Shown here: positions 27,353 to 41,384 of the stretch, piece by piece
Layout: the number at the start of each line of letters is the position of its first letter
Position numbering within the stretch: position 1 is the first letter of the stretch
NCBI RefSeq assembly: GCF_009834535.1
Contig: NC_045707.1
Location: forward strand, 52,082,001-52,146,000
Length of the DNA stretch: 64,000 bases
DNA from: Camelus ferus
Lineage: Eukaryota
Direction of reading: 5' to 3'
Position numbers and translations under genes: made by a program
The notes under the pieces: generated by a model
What the model was told of the DNA's origin: nothing
Databases searched by the model: none
The model's input: only the letters and a program-made list of their open reading frames with translations

Positions 27353-29009
27353 TGAACATAGCTTGAATCTTGATTCTATTGAATTTCTCAGGCTTGTTTG
27401 AAAAGACAACTTATTTGCCAACTCATTTTCCTCTGCCACTGCCTTCATCTTGAACTTCTCTGACATTGTTATTGTCATCTGAATCAACAATAGTAAAGAA
27501 TCTGAGTCCTTGAGCAACCTGTCTCTCAGTCGATTTTGCCAATTATTTTGTATTCTTTCCCAAAGGAGAATGCTGTATTCTTGTCACTTCATACATGTGA
27601 CTGCTAATTCATAGATTTTGTTTTATTATTTTTTATTATTTTATTATGGTACACACCCTGATAATGTGTTCTTCAGGATGCATGCAATTTCTTTAGCGTG
27701 CTCTCCTTTGTCAAAACATCTTAGCTTTATTTCATTGAAAGAAAGCTTTCTCACTTGCTTTGTTTTCATTTCCACACTTTTCCTCATAACATCCTCAACT
27801 GTTCTATGATTCATTGTATAAAAGTAGACAAAAACAGAAGCCAAAAATAGAAGGCACTATGGAAAAGTGTTTGAGACAAGTGCAGAAAGGCCAGGGCACT
27901 CTCATACCAAGTGTAACATTGTGATGCCTTTCTTATTTCCATCACCTTCAGAACACTTAAAGCACATTTCAAATGGTCTCCGTGTAATTCTGAAATTCTC
28001 CAGTTGTACTGAGAATATAACTCACGCTAGTTTTCTTTTTCCACAAATTGTTTTATTTAAAACATTGCATTGAATTTAGGGAGAGTAAATTATTTTCCCA
28101 TATAAAATTTAGTCAAGAGTTTTGAGAGGAATGTATGGTCTGTTAAATACAAGTATATTTTGATAGATTAAAAGGTTAAATCCTACTAATTCTTTTCATT
28201 TTTCCTGTGATATTAGATCTTTTTATGAAAACCCCTTACCTGATACATCTCTTTTAGGTCTCTTTCCATTATTAACTTGACCATATGACATGGTAATTAA
28301 GTTCCCATATTTGTCTTCCTCATTATTTATTAACTAATTGAAGGCAGGGACTATGTTACTTTTCATTGTATTCTCAGTTTTTCTCATAGCAGATCATGGA
28401 AGATATAGTAATCTCAAACTGTCTCCTGAACTGAATATAGAATACACAGTAAAGTACTGATGGTTTAAGGAAGAGCTACATAGAAGAGCTACCATGACTC
28501 AGTCTACTTAAGTAAGCTTTTACATCAGGCAGAATTCAAAGACTGAGAAAGAGTATCCAAGGAGAAGTTAGAATGATGGATAACCCCTCTTACTTAAGTA
28601 CACTTTCAAAAGCTAGCCCTATCTCTAATTTCACCCTTATGGGGTTTTTTTCCCCCTAAATGTATCATTTGCATAATAGAGGGTACAGATATTAGTAACT
28701 TTCATTTAGCATAACTCAAGATACCACCATTTACCTTATTTTCTGTGCATATGAGATAAAGTTGCGCAAAGGAGAAGCCCTGTGTGGTTAAGAATAATAT
28801 CTCACACTAGTGTAAATTTCGTTACTGACGTGACAAAGACACAAACACCAAAGAGGAAGAAATGCTCGTCATGTTTTTTGTAAACATGTCACATATACTT
28901 GAAAAGGAATTTTGAATGATGAGAAAGAATTCTAACATTTAATAATATTTTAATACTTATTTTTATTACCATTGCCTAATATATTGGGCTGAGGACTAGT
29001 TCAAAAAAG

Positions 29010-29315
29010 TAATGATGAAGGTGGTTAAAAAATACCAGCTGCTGAGCAGTGGGCAGGAACACAAATACGTGGGGCACAGAGCAGTGAAAATATACTGTGT
29101 AGGTTATTATAATGATAAACATGTCGCTATACATTTGTCCAGGCTCATAGAATGTTCAACAGCAAGGGTGAACTCTAAAGTATGGACTTTGGGTGACAGT
29201 GTAGGTTCATCCTCAATGAAAAATGTACCATTTGGAAAAGGGATGTTGACAATGAGGGAGACTATGCATGTATCCGGGCAGGAAGTATGACTTTTTATTT
29301 GCTCTAAAAAAAAGT
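29010..29315 (+). mobile_element. L1MC-like 3'UTR
   Basis: 'gcagtgaaaatatactgtgt…atacatttgtccaggctcatagaatgttcaacagcaagggtgaactctaaagtatggactttgggtga…gatgttgacaatgagggagactatgcatgt'. Confidence 0.8.
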
Positions 29316-32214
29316 CCTTAAAACAACAACAACAAAACATAACTAGTAGAAGAAAATATAAGAGAATATTTTATAATCTTGTGGTACGGAAGATCTTTCT
29401 AACCAAGTAGGTCAAGAGCTATAAATGGAAAGAATAACAGAATTGACTATATAAAAATGATGAACTTCTGCAATGGCAAAAATCCATCCTGGCAAACAAG
29501 CAAAATTTAAAAGAAAAAAAAAACGTTAAGTATTATTGTACATACAAAATGTTTACATAGTTTAAAGTGCATTCTAAAAAATAAAAAATAATCATAAATA
29601 TTGATAATAAAATAGACCACTGTGTATCCATAATTCAGTTTGTGGAATAGAAGTCATAAGACTTTTTTAAGTTCCCTGTATATTCCACCCCAACCTTATC
29701 TATTTTTCTCCCCTACAGAGATAACTATTATGTTGAATTTCTTTATTTTTGTTATAGTGTTAGGAAAATAAATTTTCCCTTAAATTTTTTAATTTGTTTA
29801 AAACTATTAATACATAAAGATCATTTCTCTGTAAAAAAAAAAATCTCATTTTTCAGAAAGCCTTATATACATTAAGAGTAATAGGAATTTTCATTTCAGT
29901 GCTTGATACCTTTTTAAAGCACCAAACGGTATGTATTCTAAGGAAAAGGGAAATAAATGCATGAGAATTTCCCTTTCCCTCAAATATTACTTACACTTTG
30001 TAAATTAGCTATCTAAACAGACTCAGCATCATTTTAGTTATAATGCATCAAAAGCTTTCCAAAATATGTATGACAACTCTCATTATCCAGGAAAGGTGTT
30101 AAAAATATTCGGTGTTTTTACTATTGAAACATGTTATGAATCCTTTAAATATCAGAATGCTAAAAGGTAGATTTTCAAATTAAGCAATATGCAAAATCTA
30201 ATATGTGTACACCCTGCCATTTTATGTAGAGGAAGCCGGAAACCATATGTCAGAGTGACCTCCAAGTGGGCAGAGATTAGATGCCAAAAGATTTGCTATA
30301 TCTAAGGCAATGTGGTATTTTTCTTTTCAGCAATCCTGGTAGTTGTTTGTTTTTATCGTGAAACACTGAATTCCAATGAGAACAGTGACTGCTAAAAATG
30401 CATCTTTTTTGAGGTGGGCATTCAGTGGTAACATGCACAGCTGTGTTTTCTGAGTGAGTTAACAGGGACTGCAGCTATGAAAATCTCAATCACTGGGGAC
30501 GAGCTGCTTGTGCCTGCTTTAGTTCAGTGAGGAGCCACAAAGGCCAAATGAGGTCCCAAATATCTGGTACTCTACATAGTTCATTGCTGATTACAAAGGA
30601 GTGACAAAAAAGTATGAGAATATATATTTTTGCTATTTTACAGATTTGTATACCATACGGCATTTAAGATGATATGAAAGCAAAATAATGCCTTAAAAAA
30701 TGGAAGTATATTTTCTATATGCCTACATTGTACTAATTCCAATGGTGCAGAAATGCAGGATATTGGAGACATAGTAATATTCAGAGTTCGTATTTCACTG
30801 ATGTCTACATTTAGTATAAATAGTTGCTTGTGTTTGCCACGTATGCACTTCTCTTAGCCCATATCTGTAACCTAAGAGGATTCTATTTAGCCAACCAAAG
30901 TGAAAAGATGACTTGATTGAGGATGACAATGATTCTCCATGTTATGCCAGCACCTGCTGGGAATAGACTGTTCCTGAGTTTGCTCAAGAAGAAGTTTCTT
31001 CAAGCGGCCAGAACTTTCAGAAGAAACTATCTTCCTGGATGGATAGTCTTAATGCAGGATCTGTATTACATTCAGGATAACAATTGTTAAATATGAATGA
31101 CTTGTTGATGAGATAGTTCAAATTAAAAAATTGAGTCAGCTCTGCAAATGGACTTTTCAGAAAAATTCAAAGACTGGAAATATTTTCAATTGATTCAAAA
31201 TAATTTTGAAGATTATCATTAACATCAACAATCTTATGGACAGGATACTCTATTCAGCAAATGCCAGTGATCATGTATACTTATTAAAATTAAATACTTA
31301 TTAAATGGGTGAAAAAATATCGATCATAATTTTATAGATGAAGGGAAATTGGGGTTTTAGTAGCACTGAACTCCCATCCCTAAAACTGACCAAGATGCAT
31401 GTCTGGAAAAAAATGAGAAACCAGCTATATAAGTATTCAGCATTCTTACCAACCATGTTTAATCCAGAAATTTCTAATGTCATAGAACAGTAGAATACCA
31501 TATTAAAAATTCAGCTAAATGGTCAGTTAAAAGCAAACCTCATCTTGTGAGGATTGGCAAGTATTTTTCAGAATTCAGAATGTTCACTGAAACAGTATCA
31601 ATTAATCAAAATAAATGAACTGGAATCCATGTAGTTATGTTTCTTAGCATCACACTTAATAGTCCATAAACTTTTACTTCTCAGACTTATACTATACCCT
31701 TATCTAGTGGTCTTAGAAAGGAATCCCCCAAAGAGAAATACTTCTATCCCAGTCGGCTAACATAAGAGCTGAAAGCAAAGAAATTGAGAAAAGTGATATA
31801 TGCTCCCTAGGTATGTGTGACACTTGCAAATATAAAGACCAAAATATTTCCTGTTTGTTGAATGGGATAATTTTCCCATTTTTAAAATTTTGAATAAAAG
31901 ACTGTATTTTTAGGTATTTCTTTTATTCTTTTTTATTATATCATATAGGGAAGTTGTTAAATTTTCATTTTTTCCTGAAGTTTTTGATATTGAGATGGAA
32001 TCTGAGGACAACTGGCTCTACTGGACAGTGTAAAAAATCCATTGCATCATCTCTGACTAGAGTAGCTTAATGTTGACTTCCAGTTACCTCCTTTGGGGAA
32101 GAAGAGTGCCTATGTAGTATGATTGGATTGAATCAGGCAGGTAGATTTTGGATAAAGGTGAATAATGTGTGTGTGTGTGTACACACGCATAAGTGAACAA
32201 CACCCATATGGTAG

Positions 32215-32660
32215 AATGTAGAAGATGTCAATTGGGTTGAACTTCTGGCATGTAGAGATTCCTCATGTCCTGGAAAGAACCCCATTTTGAAGACTTTAGG
32301 CCCTGTTTGGAGTCTTACATCTCCAGCCCTAGCTGAATGTTCCAGGGGTGGAGCTAGGTCATCAGATTATCTCCTGAGAATTTTAAACTTTGAATAGAGA
32401 GATCTGGAAACTGGAAATGATTAGAATTGAGCTTTGGTAAAGGCAGCAATACTGAAAGGAGAAGGTTTCCCATCCCAAGCTCTTACGGCTCCTTCAGCTG
32501 TCTTCATCTCTGCTAATCCATCCAGCTGGAGTGTATTTTCTTAGGTGTTCCTGGGATTCTGTGAATAGCCAGACTATCTTTCCAATAAAGGCCCTTTTTC
32601 ATTAAGTTAGGCAGAGTCAGTTTCTGTTGTTTACAACTACTTCAATCTTAATTAAATCAG
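32215..32660 (+). mobile_element. Old MaLR LTR (MLT1L/M/N-like)
   Basis: 3' part 'ccaataaaggccctttttcattaagttaggcagagtcagtttctgttgtttacaac…cttaattaaatca' is typical of old MLT1 LTRs. Confidence 0.6.
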
Positions 32661-33149
32661 CTCATTACGAGTAGTAAAATAATACCAAAGAACCATTTCT
32701 CTTGATCAAGAACTTGGAGAGTTTTTTTCTGGTACTGAAAACTTCATTTGCTGCCCACAAAAGGGAGTAGGTGATTGTTAGGGAAACCTAAGATTAGAGG
32801 TCCAGGAAACATGAAAAAATATTTCCAGTAGAATTGGAATAACTTGGGAGGATTGGAAGGCGTCCTTGAAAAAATTTTAAAACAAAATGTTTACTGCCAT
32901 GTTAATTATTTTATTATGTCAGACTTATGATTTCTTCAAGCCAGGTGACTATCCCTAGATGTAAAACTGATCATTTTGTAAAGATGACATTGGGCTCTTT
33001 GATATAATGTCCAGTGTTCAGAAGCACGCCTCAGAATATGCAAACCATGCTCTTTGTGTGTATGCTCTATCACTTCAGGAAGACAATTTTCAGTTTTAAA
33101 ACAGAGGCAACACCTTATGTCAAAAATATTTCCTGCGAGGGGCCCTAAT

Positions 33150-33375
33150 ATTTACTAGTTAAGAGTACAAGGGTCAGAGATGGGCAACTGGAAATAAGAG
33201 CCCAGGACCACAGCTTTGCAAGATGTGTGACCTGTACAAGTTACCTCATTTCTCTCCCTTAGTATTCTCATCTGCAAAATGTCTATAGTAACAGTTAACT
33301 TTGGGGAGAAACATATTTATGAATATTTAAATAAATAAAGTATGATCTTGTCATGAGGTGCTTTATCATTATTAG
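33150..33375 (+). mobile_element. MIR SINE
   Basis: 'gttaagagtac…tgtgtgacctgtacaagttacctcatttctctc…ctcatctgcaaaatg'. Confidence 0.75.
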
Positions 33376-33569
33376 CTATTAGTCTTTCTTTTGACCTATT
33401 TATATTGTTTATCTCTAGGATGACAATTTCAGTTTGTGCCAAATGTCCTGCAGTAATATTGAAAGTCACTTCTATCACTCTCAAAAGTATGCCTGTTTGG
33501 ATGACAAATTATATATTGCCTTTGCTGTCTCAATTTAAGTCCTCTTCATGCCATGAATCTGTTTTTACC

Positions 33570-34425
33570 ATCTGCCCCAATCAATAAATGACATTATCCT
33601 CAAATAAAAAGGAATGGTAGTCATTTATTTTTCCCCTCTCCTTGTTTTGTAACTCCAATCCATCAACATAATCTGTCAGTTTTCCCTTCTGAATTTATCT
33701 CTTTTTTATCTACTTCTCTCCATTGTATCTCACCTCACCCTCAACCCCAGCCCAGGCCAGATCAGTATCTAACTCTCAAATACCCACAAAAGCCTCCTTG
33801 TTGATTTCCCTGCTAACATTCTTTCACAGCTCAAACAGGTTCTCTTCAAAATGACTTTTTATAATGTAAATGAGATCATGCTGCTGCCCTTTTAAAAACC
33901 ATTAACTGGCCTCCATCAAATTGAAAACACAATCTAAACTTATTTTGATTTACCTGCTACCCTCCAACCTACGCCCCCAGGCTTCACAACCTGGGCCCCT
34001 CTCTCCTGCCGCGTGATATTCCAGCCTCGCTCACAGGCTTTGAGTTGTTCAGCGCTGACCAGGATATAGCCCACCACAAAGCACTTGTCACTACCGTCTC
34101 TCTTGGTCTGAAATGTTCGCCTTGCGTGTCCTTCTCTGTCTCCTTCTCATCCTTCATATCTTAGCTTAGATTTCACCTCTAGCAGGTAGCATTCCTTGAT
34201 CATCCTTCCTAGAGTAAGTTCCGCTCACCCCAGCTGTGTTTCTCTCTTAGAAACCTGTTGGCCGCTTTCTTTTAACTTATCACATGCAGGATCATTTTTT
34301 TTCTGTTTGTTTTATTTTCAATCTCCTGCACTGCTGTAAGCTCAGAGAGGAAAGAAACACTTATTCACAGAGGGAGCAGAGTCCATTAAATGATGTCCAG
34401 TCTTTAATAAGTATTTTTGAAAGAA
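33570..34425 (+). mobile_element. L2 LINE 3' region
   Basis: Pyrimidine-rich L2 body ('agcctccttgttgatttccctgc', 'aatgtaaatgagatcatg', 'tccttctcatccttcatatcttagcttag') ending 'ctgtaagctcagagagg…aataagtatttttgaaagaat'. Confidence 0.75.
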
Positions 34426-34529
34426 TATACTTATTAGACATTATATAAAACTATACTTTTAAAAATTTCTCTCTAAAGTTACCTCCTAATATTTTTAATT
34501 CTATTTTTCTAAGACAGTTTAACAATATA

Positions 34530-34700
34530 CTATAATGGAAAGAACCACTTTCTAGCTCTATGAACTTAAAAAGTAATTTAACTTCTCTTTGCCCCAATTT
34601 CCTCAGTTTTAAAATGAGAAAGTATCTATCCCATCTACCCTGCCTTGAGCTCAATGTGACACTAAGCTATAAAGTCTAAAACACAATAGTAAGTCCTCAC
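34530..34700 (+). mobile_element. MIR SINE
   Basis: 'aagtaatttaacttctctttgccccaatttcctcagttttaaaatgag'. Confidence 0.65.
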
Positions 34701-34944
34701 TGTTTGGCAAATAGCAACAATTAGCAACCATACTTATTTCTCACTTAGACTTATTAATTTTTCAGGCTGAAACAAGCTAAGTACAGCATTCATAATGGTA
34801 TAAAATATTTCAAAACTTTGATCTCATTTGGATTGGATTATCATACATTTGTAGACATTCTTATTTCTGCAAATGAGTTTTCCATCAAAGGTCTAGAACT
34901 TAAATTATAATGCTCACAGATAGCATAATGGAAATTATGGTAAA

Positions 34945-35150
34945 AATTGGGCATTTTTGAGTGCAAGTAATATACCAGGCACTATGTGAATAAATTTACA
35001 TACTTACTTCCTTTAATTTAATCAACTACCTGGGAAATACATGCATTTATTATTCAAATCTTATAGATGAGAAAATAAGCTTATAAGACCTATGAGTTTT
35101 GCCCTAAGTTTCCAAGGCTAGTAAGTATAAGGAATGAATTTCAAAACTAG
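34945..35150 (-). mobile_element. MIR SINE
   Basis: 'catttttgagtg…taccaggcactatg…ttatagatgagaaaataagctta…gctagtaagt'. Confidence 0.65.
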
Positions 35151-35847
35151 ATATATTGACAAAAATAGAGAGATAATACTCTCTCCTTACTACTTTGAGC
35201 AGTTTATATGTAGTGAAGAAAGAAAGATATATTTATACTATTTTTATGTATTATATATTCCTCAAAGGGAACATACATATTTTCTCCTTCATTCATAGAT
35301 TTTTTTCAGTTATCAGCAAGTATTTATTTACTTACTGCAGAGTGTCGAGTGTTCCCTGGCTAAACAAAATGCTATACAAAAGATACATAATTTATCTAAT
35401 TGTGTGAATGTATTTGAACATCACTACAAAAAGCGAAAGAGGTAATCAGGAAACCCACAGGGAATTTAAACTTATCCACCACATACCATGGAGGCACTGA
35501 AGTAAACAAGGCACTAAACAAGAGTTTTAGTCTTATTAGTAACAGGATTAAATTTGTATTTTGAAAAAATCACTATGCTAATGCTATGTAAATTGGTCTG
35601 GAGAGAGTTAAAGAAAATGAGTTTCTTTGATAAGCTTATATGGTAATCATGGCAACACATGAAAATAATTACAATACAACCTGTTTAGTTTTTGTGCTTA
35701 AAAGGAATGTTGGACAATTTTACTTGCACAATTAAAAAGAGGAGTAGCTTTTTTTTTTTTTTAAGTCTTAAATGTAGATTTTCCTAGTATTAAAAAGAAC
35801 CACAATTCATGGCTAATTTATAACAATTATACTTTGTATTTATACAT

Positions 35848-36180
35848 TGTTGACCTGAAATAAAGAGATTGCCAGAGATTTTTCCAGTGATGATGGGTTT
35901 ATTCTGGATTAGCAAAGAATTGCATATCAGGGCTGAGCCATGGTGAGCCATGAGCAAGTATTCACACAGCAAGGGAAGGAGAACATTTTTATAGAGAGAA
36001 AAAGAAGTTGGGAGGGCTATAGTAAACACACTGTCCATGACTCTTCATTGACTAATTCCTTTCCAGGAAAAGCATCTTTCTTCTTCCTTGTTGCACTCTG
36101 CTGTCAGGATAAGGTGTGAGAGCTCCCATTCTGGTTTCCCAACTCTACTCATTTGAGGTTTCTTTTCATTAATTTTTTTA
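35848..36180 (-). mobile_element. Probable ERV1-class solo LTR
   Basis: Begins 'tgttgacc'; contains antisense polyA signal 'tttatt' (~35898) and antisense TATA 'ttttata' (~35987); sharp compositional boundaries. TSD unclear. Confidence 0.65.
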
Positions 36181-36599
36181 TAATATATATACTTACACAC
36201 AATTGTACATATATAAAAAGTATTAAATATTTTCCCAGTGAAATGAGTAAATGTACCTTGGATTCATTTTATGATCTTTAAAAAATTATCTATAAATTAT
36301 ACATTGCTAATCACAATCGAAAAACATATAGGAGACTTTTATAATAACTTGCATAAAAATAAGTAAAAAAAAATAAGGCAAATAATGATCCACAATCATG
36401 TACAAATAGGTAATTATCATAATGACTTACAGAATGATCATAGTTACTTGAACTTTATATCAGATAACTGCATGTAGAAATTTTCTTTAAAATATTAAGT
36501 TCTTTTCAAACTTTATAACCATTTAAATTCCATATGCTTTTAAAATGCATAATGCAGAACATCTGGATAGTGAAAGAAATAGTTCTTTTATGGTTCATG

Positions 36600-38820
36600 C
36601 ATCTGAAAGAGTTTTTATTCTTTTTGAGTTTATTGTAAGTGATACTGCTTTCTTAATTTATCTTTCAGATAGTTCATTGTAGTCTATAGAAATGCAACTG
36701 ATTTTTTGTATGTTGATTTTGTATCCTGTAACTGTACTGAATTTGTTTATTAGTTCTAATAATAATGGAGTCTTCTTGGTTTTTTTCATGGAGTCTTTAG
36801 GTTTTTCTATGTATCAGATCAAGTCATCTGCAAGTACACAATTTAACTTCTTTTCCAATTTAAATGACTTTTATTTCTTTTGTTGCTTAATTGATCTGAT
36901 AAGGAATGCCAGGACTATGTTGAATAGCAGTGGCTACAGTGGGCATCCTTGTCTTCCTGATGTTGGAATCACCACTGAGTATGATAGCTGTGAGCTTGTG
37001 ATATATTATATTTATGATGTTGAGATATATTTCTTCTATACGTAATTTGTTGAGAGTTTTTATCATAAAATGATGTTGAATTTTGTCAGATGTCTTTATC
37101 TATTGCAATGACCATATGATTTTTATTGTTTATTCTGTTAATGTGGTACATCACGTTAATTGATTTGGTTGTGTTGAATCATCTTTGTATCCCATGGATA
37201 AATTCCACTTGGTCATAATGAGTGATCCTTTTAATACGCTGTTGAATTTGGTTTGCTGGTTTTCTGTTGAGGATTTTTGCATCTATGTTCATCAGTGATA
37301 TTGGCCTGTATTTTTCTTTTCTTGTATTATCTTATGATTTTTTTTGTAGTTTCTTACCTGGTTTTGTTTTTAGGGTAATTCTGATCTCCTAAAATGAGTT
37401 TGGAAGTGTTCTTTCCTCTTCAATATTTTGGTAGGCTTTGGCATATAATTGTTCATAGTAGTCTCATAAACCATTTAATGTCTGTGGCATCAGTTGTAGT
37501 GTTACTTTTATTTTTGATTCTATTTATCTGAATCTGCTTTATTTTTTTCTTAGTTAATCAAGGTAATGGTTTGTTGATTTTGTTTATCTTTTCAAAAAAT
37601 CTCGCTTAGTTTTGTTGTTCTTTTCTATGTTTTCTATTTATTTCATTTATTTCTGTTCTTATTTTTTATTTCCTTCCTTCTGCTAAATTTGGGCTCAGTT
37701 TCTTCTTCTGTTTCTAGTTCCTTGAGGTGTAAAATTAGGCAGCTTATTGAGATCTTTGTTTTTCCTTAATGTAAATTTTTATTACTATAAATTGCCTCTT
37801 AGAACCAACTTTGCTACATGTCATAAATTCTGGTATTGTTTCTTATGAAGGTGCTCCATAACTCACCTAAGTTTATTTTTCTTTAATCCTTCGTCATATG
37901 TAAAAATTATTTTCTTCTCTGAATGGATACTTTCAAATATCCTATCCTCACATTCACAGATTTCCTCCACGGCTTATTCAAGTCTGGTGTAGATTTTCTC
38001 TACTGCATTTTTCACTTCCTAAATCGTATTTTTTAAATCTAGAATTTGTTTTTTACTGAGTTCCGTTTCTGTTGAATCTTGTTTTGTTCATGTGATGTTT
38101 TCTTGACTTTGTTAATGTCTCTCTGTGTGCTTTTGTAGCTTGCTGATCTTCCTTAAAATGATCATTTTAAACTCTTTATCAGGAAATTCATTAATCTCCA
38201 TTTCTTTGGGGTCAGTAACTGGAAATTTATTTAATTCCTTTGGTGGTGTCATGTTTGACTTTTCATTTTCCTTGAAGTCTTGCACTTTTGTTTTTCTTGT
38301 TTCAAGTAGTTGCCTCCTCCATTCTTTACTGACTGGCTTCAGAAAGAGTTACCTTTACCTGTTTCTCCATCCAGCTAAAGGTTTTAAGGATTTCTCAGAC
38401 CTTTTCTAAGGCTATGCCTGGCTCACATTCCTATTGAGGTAGGTGGGGATGGTATTTTTAAGATTGTATGCCTTCTTTCAGTCTCACAAATCCAGGACAG
38501 GTGTTATGAGCCTCTTATTTGTTTTTTCCTGGGCAGTTCCCTGAAATTCTCAAGTTTGTGTCTTTTCCCAATCCCAGAGAGTAGGGCTGGCTTTCTACAC
38601 TCATTCAGTAGCCGTCTGCAAAGGCTCACTCTCGATGTCCACGGGAGCACACCCTGGGAATTAGCATAAAGGTGGGGATAAAGTGTGTGGAGTATTGGGA
38701 TGCCCCTGGACCAGTAGAGAGGTCCACAGGTGAGGTGTCTCCAGTGGCTTTTGGGCAGATTCCTTGATGGAATCCATGAATGGGTAGTAGGAAAAACTGT
38801 GAAATGATTAGTAGTGTCCC
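36600..38820 (-). mobile_element. L1M element: deleted ORF2 pieces, ORF1 and 5' region
   Basis: Antisense ORF2 ('gaaatgcaactgattttttgtatgttgattttgtatcctgtaact', 'ttgaggatttttgcatctatgttcatcag'). The minus strand near 38250-38120 translates MTPPKELNKFPVTDPKEMEINEFPDKEFKMIILRKISKLQ (L1 ORF1 N-terminus). Confidence 0.85.
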
Positions 38821-39119
38821 AAAGTGGTTTTTTTTTTTTTAATTCAGTCAATAGAATCCGAGATGTATTTAGAAAGAAGGTAATTTTTATTCCCTGATAA
38901 TATTATCACTATTATAGATGATAATTTAGATTGTGCCTCACAATATAAAAATTCAAAATAGAATAAAAAGACAATGCTCTTTTCCAATGATAGTGCCAGC
39001 ATTATTGAAAAAGAATGGATGAGAATGTGCAAAATATAAATTTTTAAAAGTATTATGTTCTTTGACAGTGACTCTATGGGCATACACAGCAGATGAAGAA
39101 ACATTTATTTAAAGAAATC

Positions 39120-40470
39120 TGAAATTTGGCAGGAACTCTAACTCTTTGCTATTTGAAATAAGACCTGTGTCATCCCTTTTCCTCCTAGCTTAGGGAGATA
39201 TAAACTCCTCTCCAGATTAAAATAATCAGAAACACAGGGCTCCCTCTCCCCCAGGATCCCAGTCAGAAGGCTATTTTCTCAGGAAAGCAGGACATCATAA
39301 TTTCTCATTTGTCCCCTAGCTACTTCTTGCTGAGGCTAAGTTCCATGTGAATACAGCTTAGAGATGGGGCCTCCCTTCTTTTGCTCATTCTTTATTCATG
39401 AAACGGAAGCTCTACCTTGGGTGCAACAATGCTGAATAAACTGGGGCCCCAGCCACCCCTGTTTCAGCTTTTGGGTGGAAGTTTCATGCTGGGCAAGGCA
39501 GAATTAGAAGACCTGTGGCTGCTGCCTCCCCATCTATCAAGTTCTAAGCTCCTAAAGTGAAAGCGTCACTCAGAGAATTAGGCCATTGTCCGCACCTTCA
39601 ACCCCCTCAACATCAGAGTTATGGTTCAGAGATTTTGTCCCAGAGAAAGGAGCAGGATATAGAACAGAGACTTCAAATTCCTTTCAAGTGAACCTAATAA
39701 AAATTTGTAGAATACTCTACCCAACAGGAGCAGAACACACAGTCTTCTCAAGAGCACATGGACTGTTCTCCAAGAGAGACCATATACTCAGCCAAAAAAA
39801 CCACACTTCAATATATTTAAAAGCATATAAATAATTTTAAAAGTAGATTGTCTGACAATAATAGAATGAAACTCAAAAATCATGTATTAGAAATAAATTT
39901 GGGAAACTAACAAATATATGTGAATCAAACAACATATTCCCAAATAACAGATAGGTCAAAGAAGAAATCACAGGTGAAATTAGAATGTATTTTGGGATGG
40001 ATGAAAATGAAGACACAGTACATCAAAACTTTGGGGATGTAGCTAAAGAAATGCTTAGAAGGAAGTTTATAGATATAAATGCCTATATTAAAAAAGAAAG
40101 AAGATATCAAATCAAAAACCTAAACTTCCACCTGCCATTAGAAAAAGATGAGCAAATTAAATCTAAAGCTAGAAGAAAGATGGAAAGAGTAAAGATTAGA
40201 GTATACCTGAATGAAATAAAAAATAGAAAAACAAAAAAAAATCAGTGAAACCAAAAGCCAGTTTCTGAAAAAAAAAATTTTTTAATAATAAACTTGTGGC
40301 TAGATTGACCAAGAAGCAAACACAGAAGACAAATTCCTAGAATCAGAAACAGAAGAGGGAAGAGTACTCTGACTTTGCTGAAATAAAAAGGATTATAGAA
40401 GAATACTCTGAATAATTGTATGCCAATAAATTGGACAACTTAGATAAAACGAAAAAAAGTCTAGAAAATC
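39120..40470 (+). mobile_element. L1M fragment: 5'-region-like part (39120-39680) plus ORF2 endonuclease/Z region (39690-40470)
   Basis: ORF track peptides NLIKICRILYPTGAEHTVFSRAHGLFSKRDHIL and YFGMDENEDTVHQNFGDVAKEMLRRKFIDINAYIKK are decayed L1 ORF2. The 5' part is less certain. Confidence 0.8.
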
Positions 40471-41384
40471 AAGGAAACTAGAGAAATACACACACAATGA
40501 AGAACAAATGTTGAGAAGTAAAAGAGGGCAAAAAGATGTTAACTTCAGAATGAAAGTTTAAGAACAGTGCCAGGATTATGTAAGTATTGGATAGTAAAAT
40601 CTTGATATTACTGATTACTTTGTGTTCACAAACGACTACAGTTCATCCCCTGATGTCATGAACATGTGGTTCTAGACAAAAGGAGTAAGTATTGATATAT
40701 TGTCCATGATTTGGCCAGAAGAGAAGTCATTCAATGTATTTTAGATGAAAAATATTTAACATTGAGAAAAAACCCTCAACACAATATTTGGAAAAACTGA
40801 GGGATAGAAAATTGTGATGGAGTCAGTAAAGTTTGCGGGAGTTAAGAGAAAATTTCTGTTATCTCCTTTTCCACTTTCCAGGTCTTGAACATGTGCTTCT
40901 CATTGACAAATCTGAGTAGGAAAAATAGGAAATGGATTCTGAGAAGTGCATAGGAGACTTTAGAATGTGGTAGTAGTGACCCCTTTGCCCCTCAAAAAAA
41001 AGAACATTTATGTAATACTTAACATTTCTATCTACCTGAACAGTTTAAAAGCCATATATATGGAAATCCAAGTCTTCTAATGGAAGGATCATCATGTTCT
41101 ATCACAGTTCCTTCTGTTGTGCTAACAAAATCCCCTGTGTTCTTTTTTAACAAAGAGTGAGATCTATACTTGTTTTGAGATTTGCTTCATTCTAGTTCTA
41201 TTGATAAAATAACTGTTAGACATATGCTATAAAGCTCTATTAACATTACTTTGCTTTTTTTTTAACATATTTTTCCTTCTCTATACAGCTGAATTCTTAC
41301 CACCTTTTCCATAATGCTATCAAAAGATAATATAATTTCATTTTTTAAAAATATAAGTAAATTTATATATTGAAAAACTATATG

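Noticed and set aside
30300..31100. Repeat-poor, exon-like stretch
   Set aside because: Acceptor-like sites (30330, ~30642) lack matching strong donors and the frames contain stops. It may be conserved non-coding DNA, but that cannot be supported from sequence alone.
31803..31825. Similarity to 52931-52951 (ctcc[c]taggtatg[t]gtgacactt)
   Set aside because: Needs two gaps, the copies are 21 kb apart and the match does not extend; plausible by chance.
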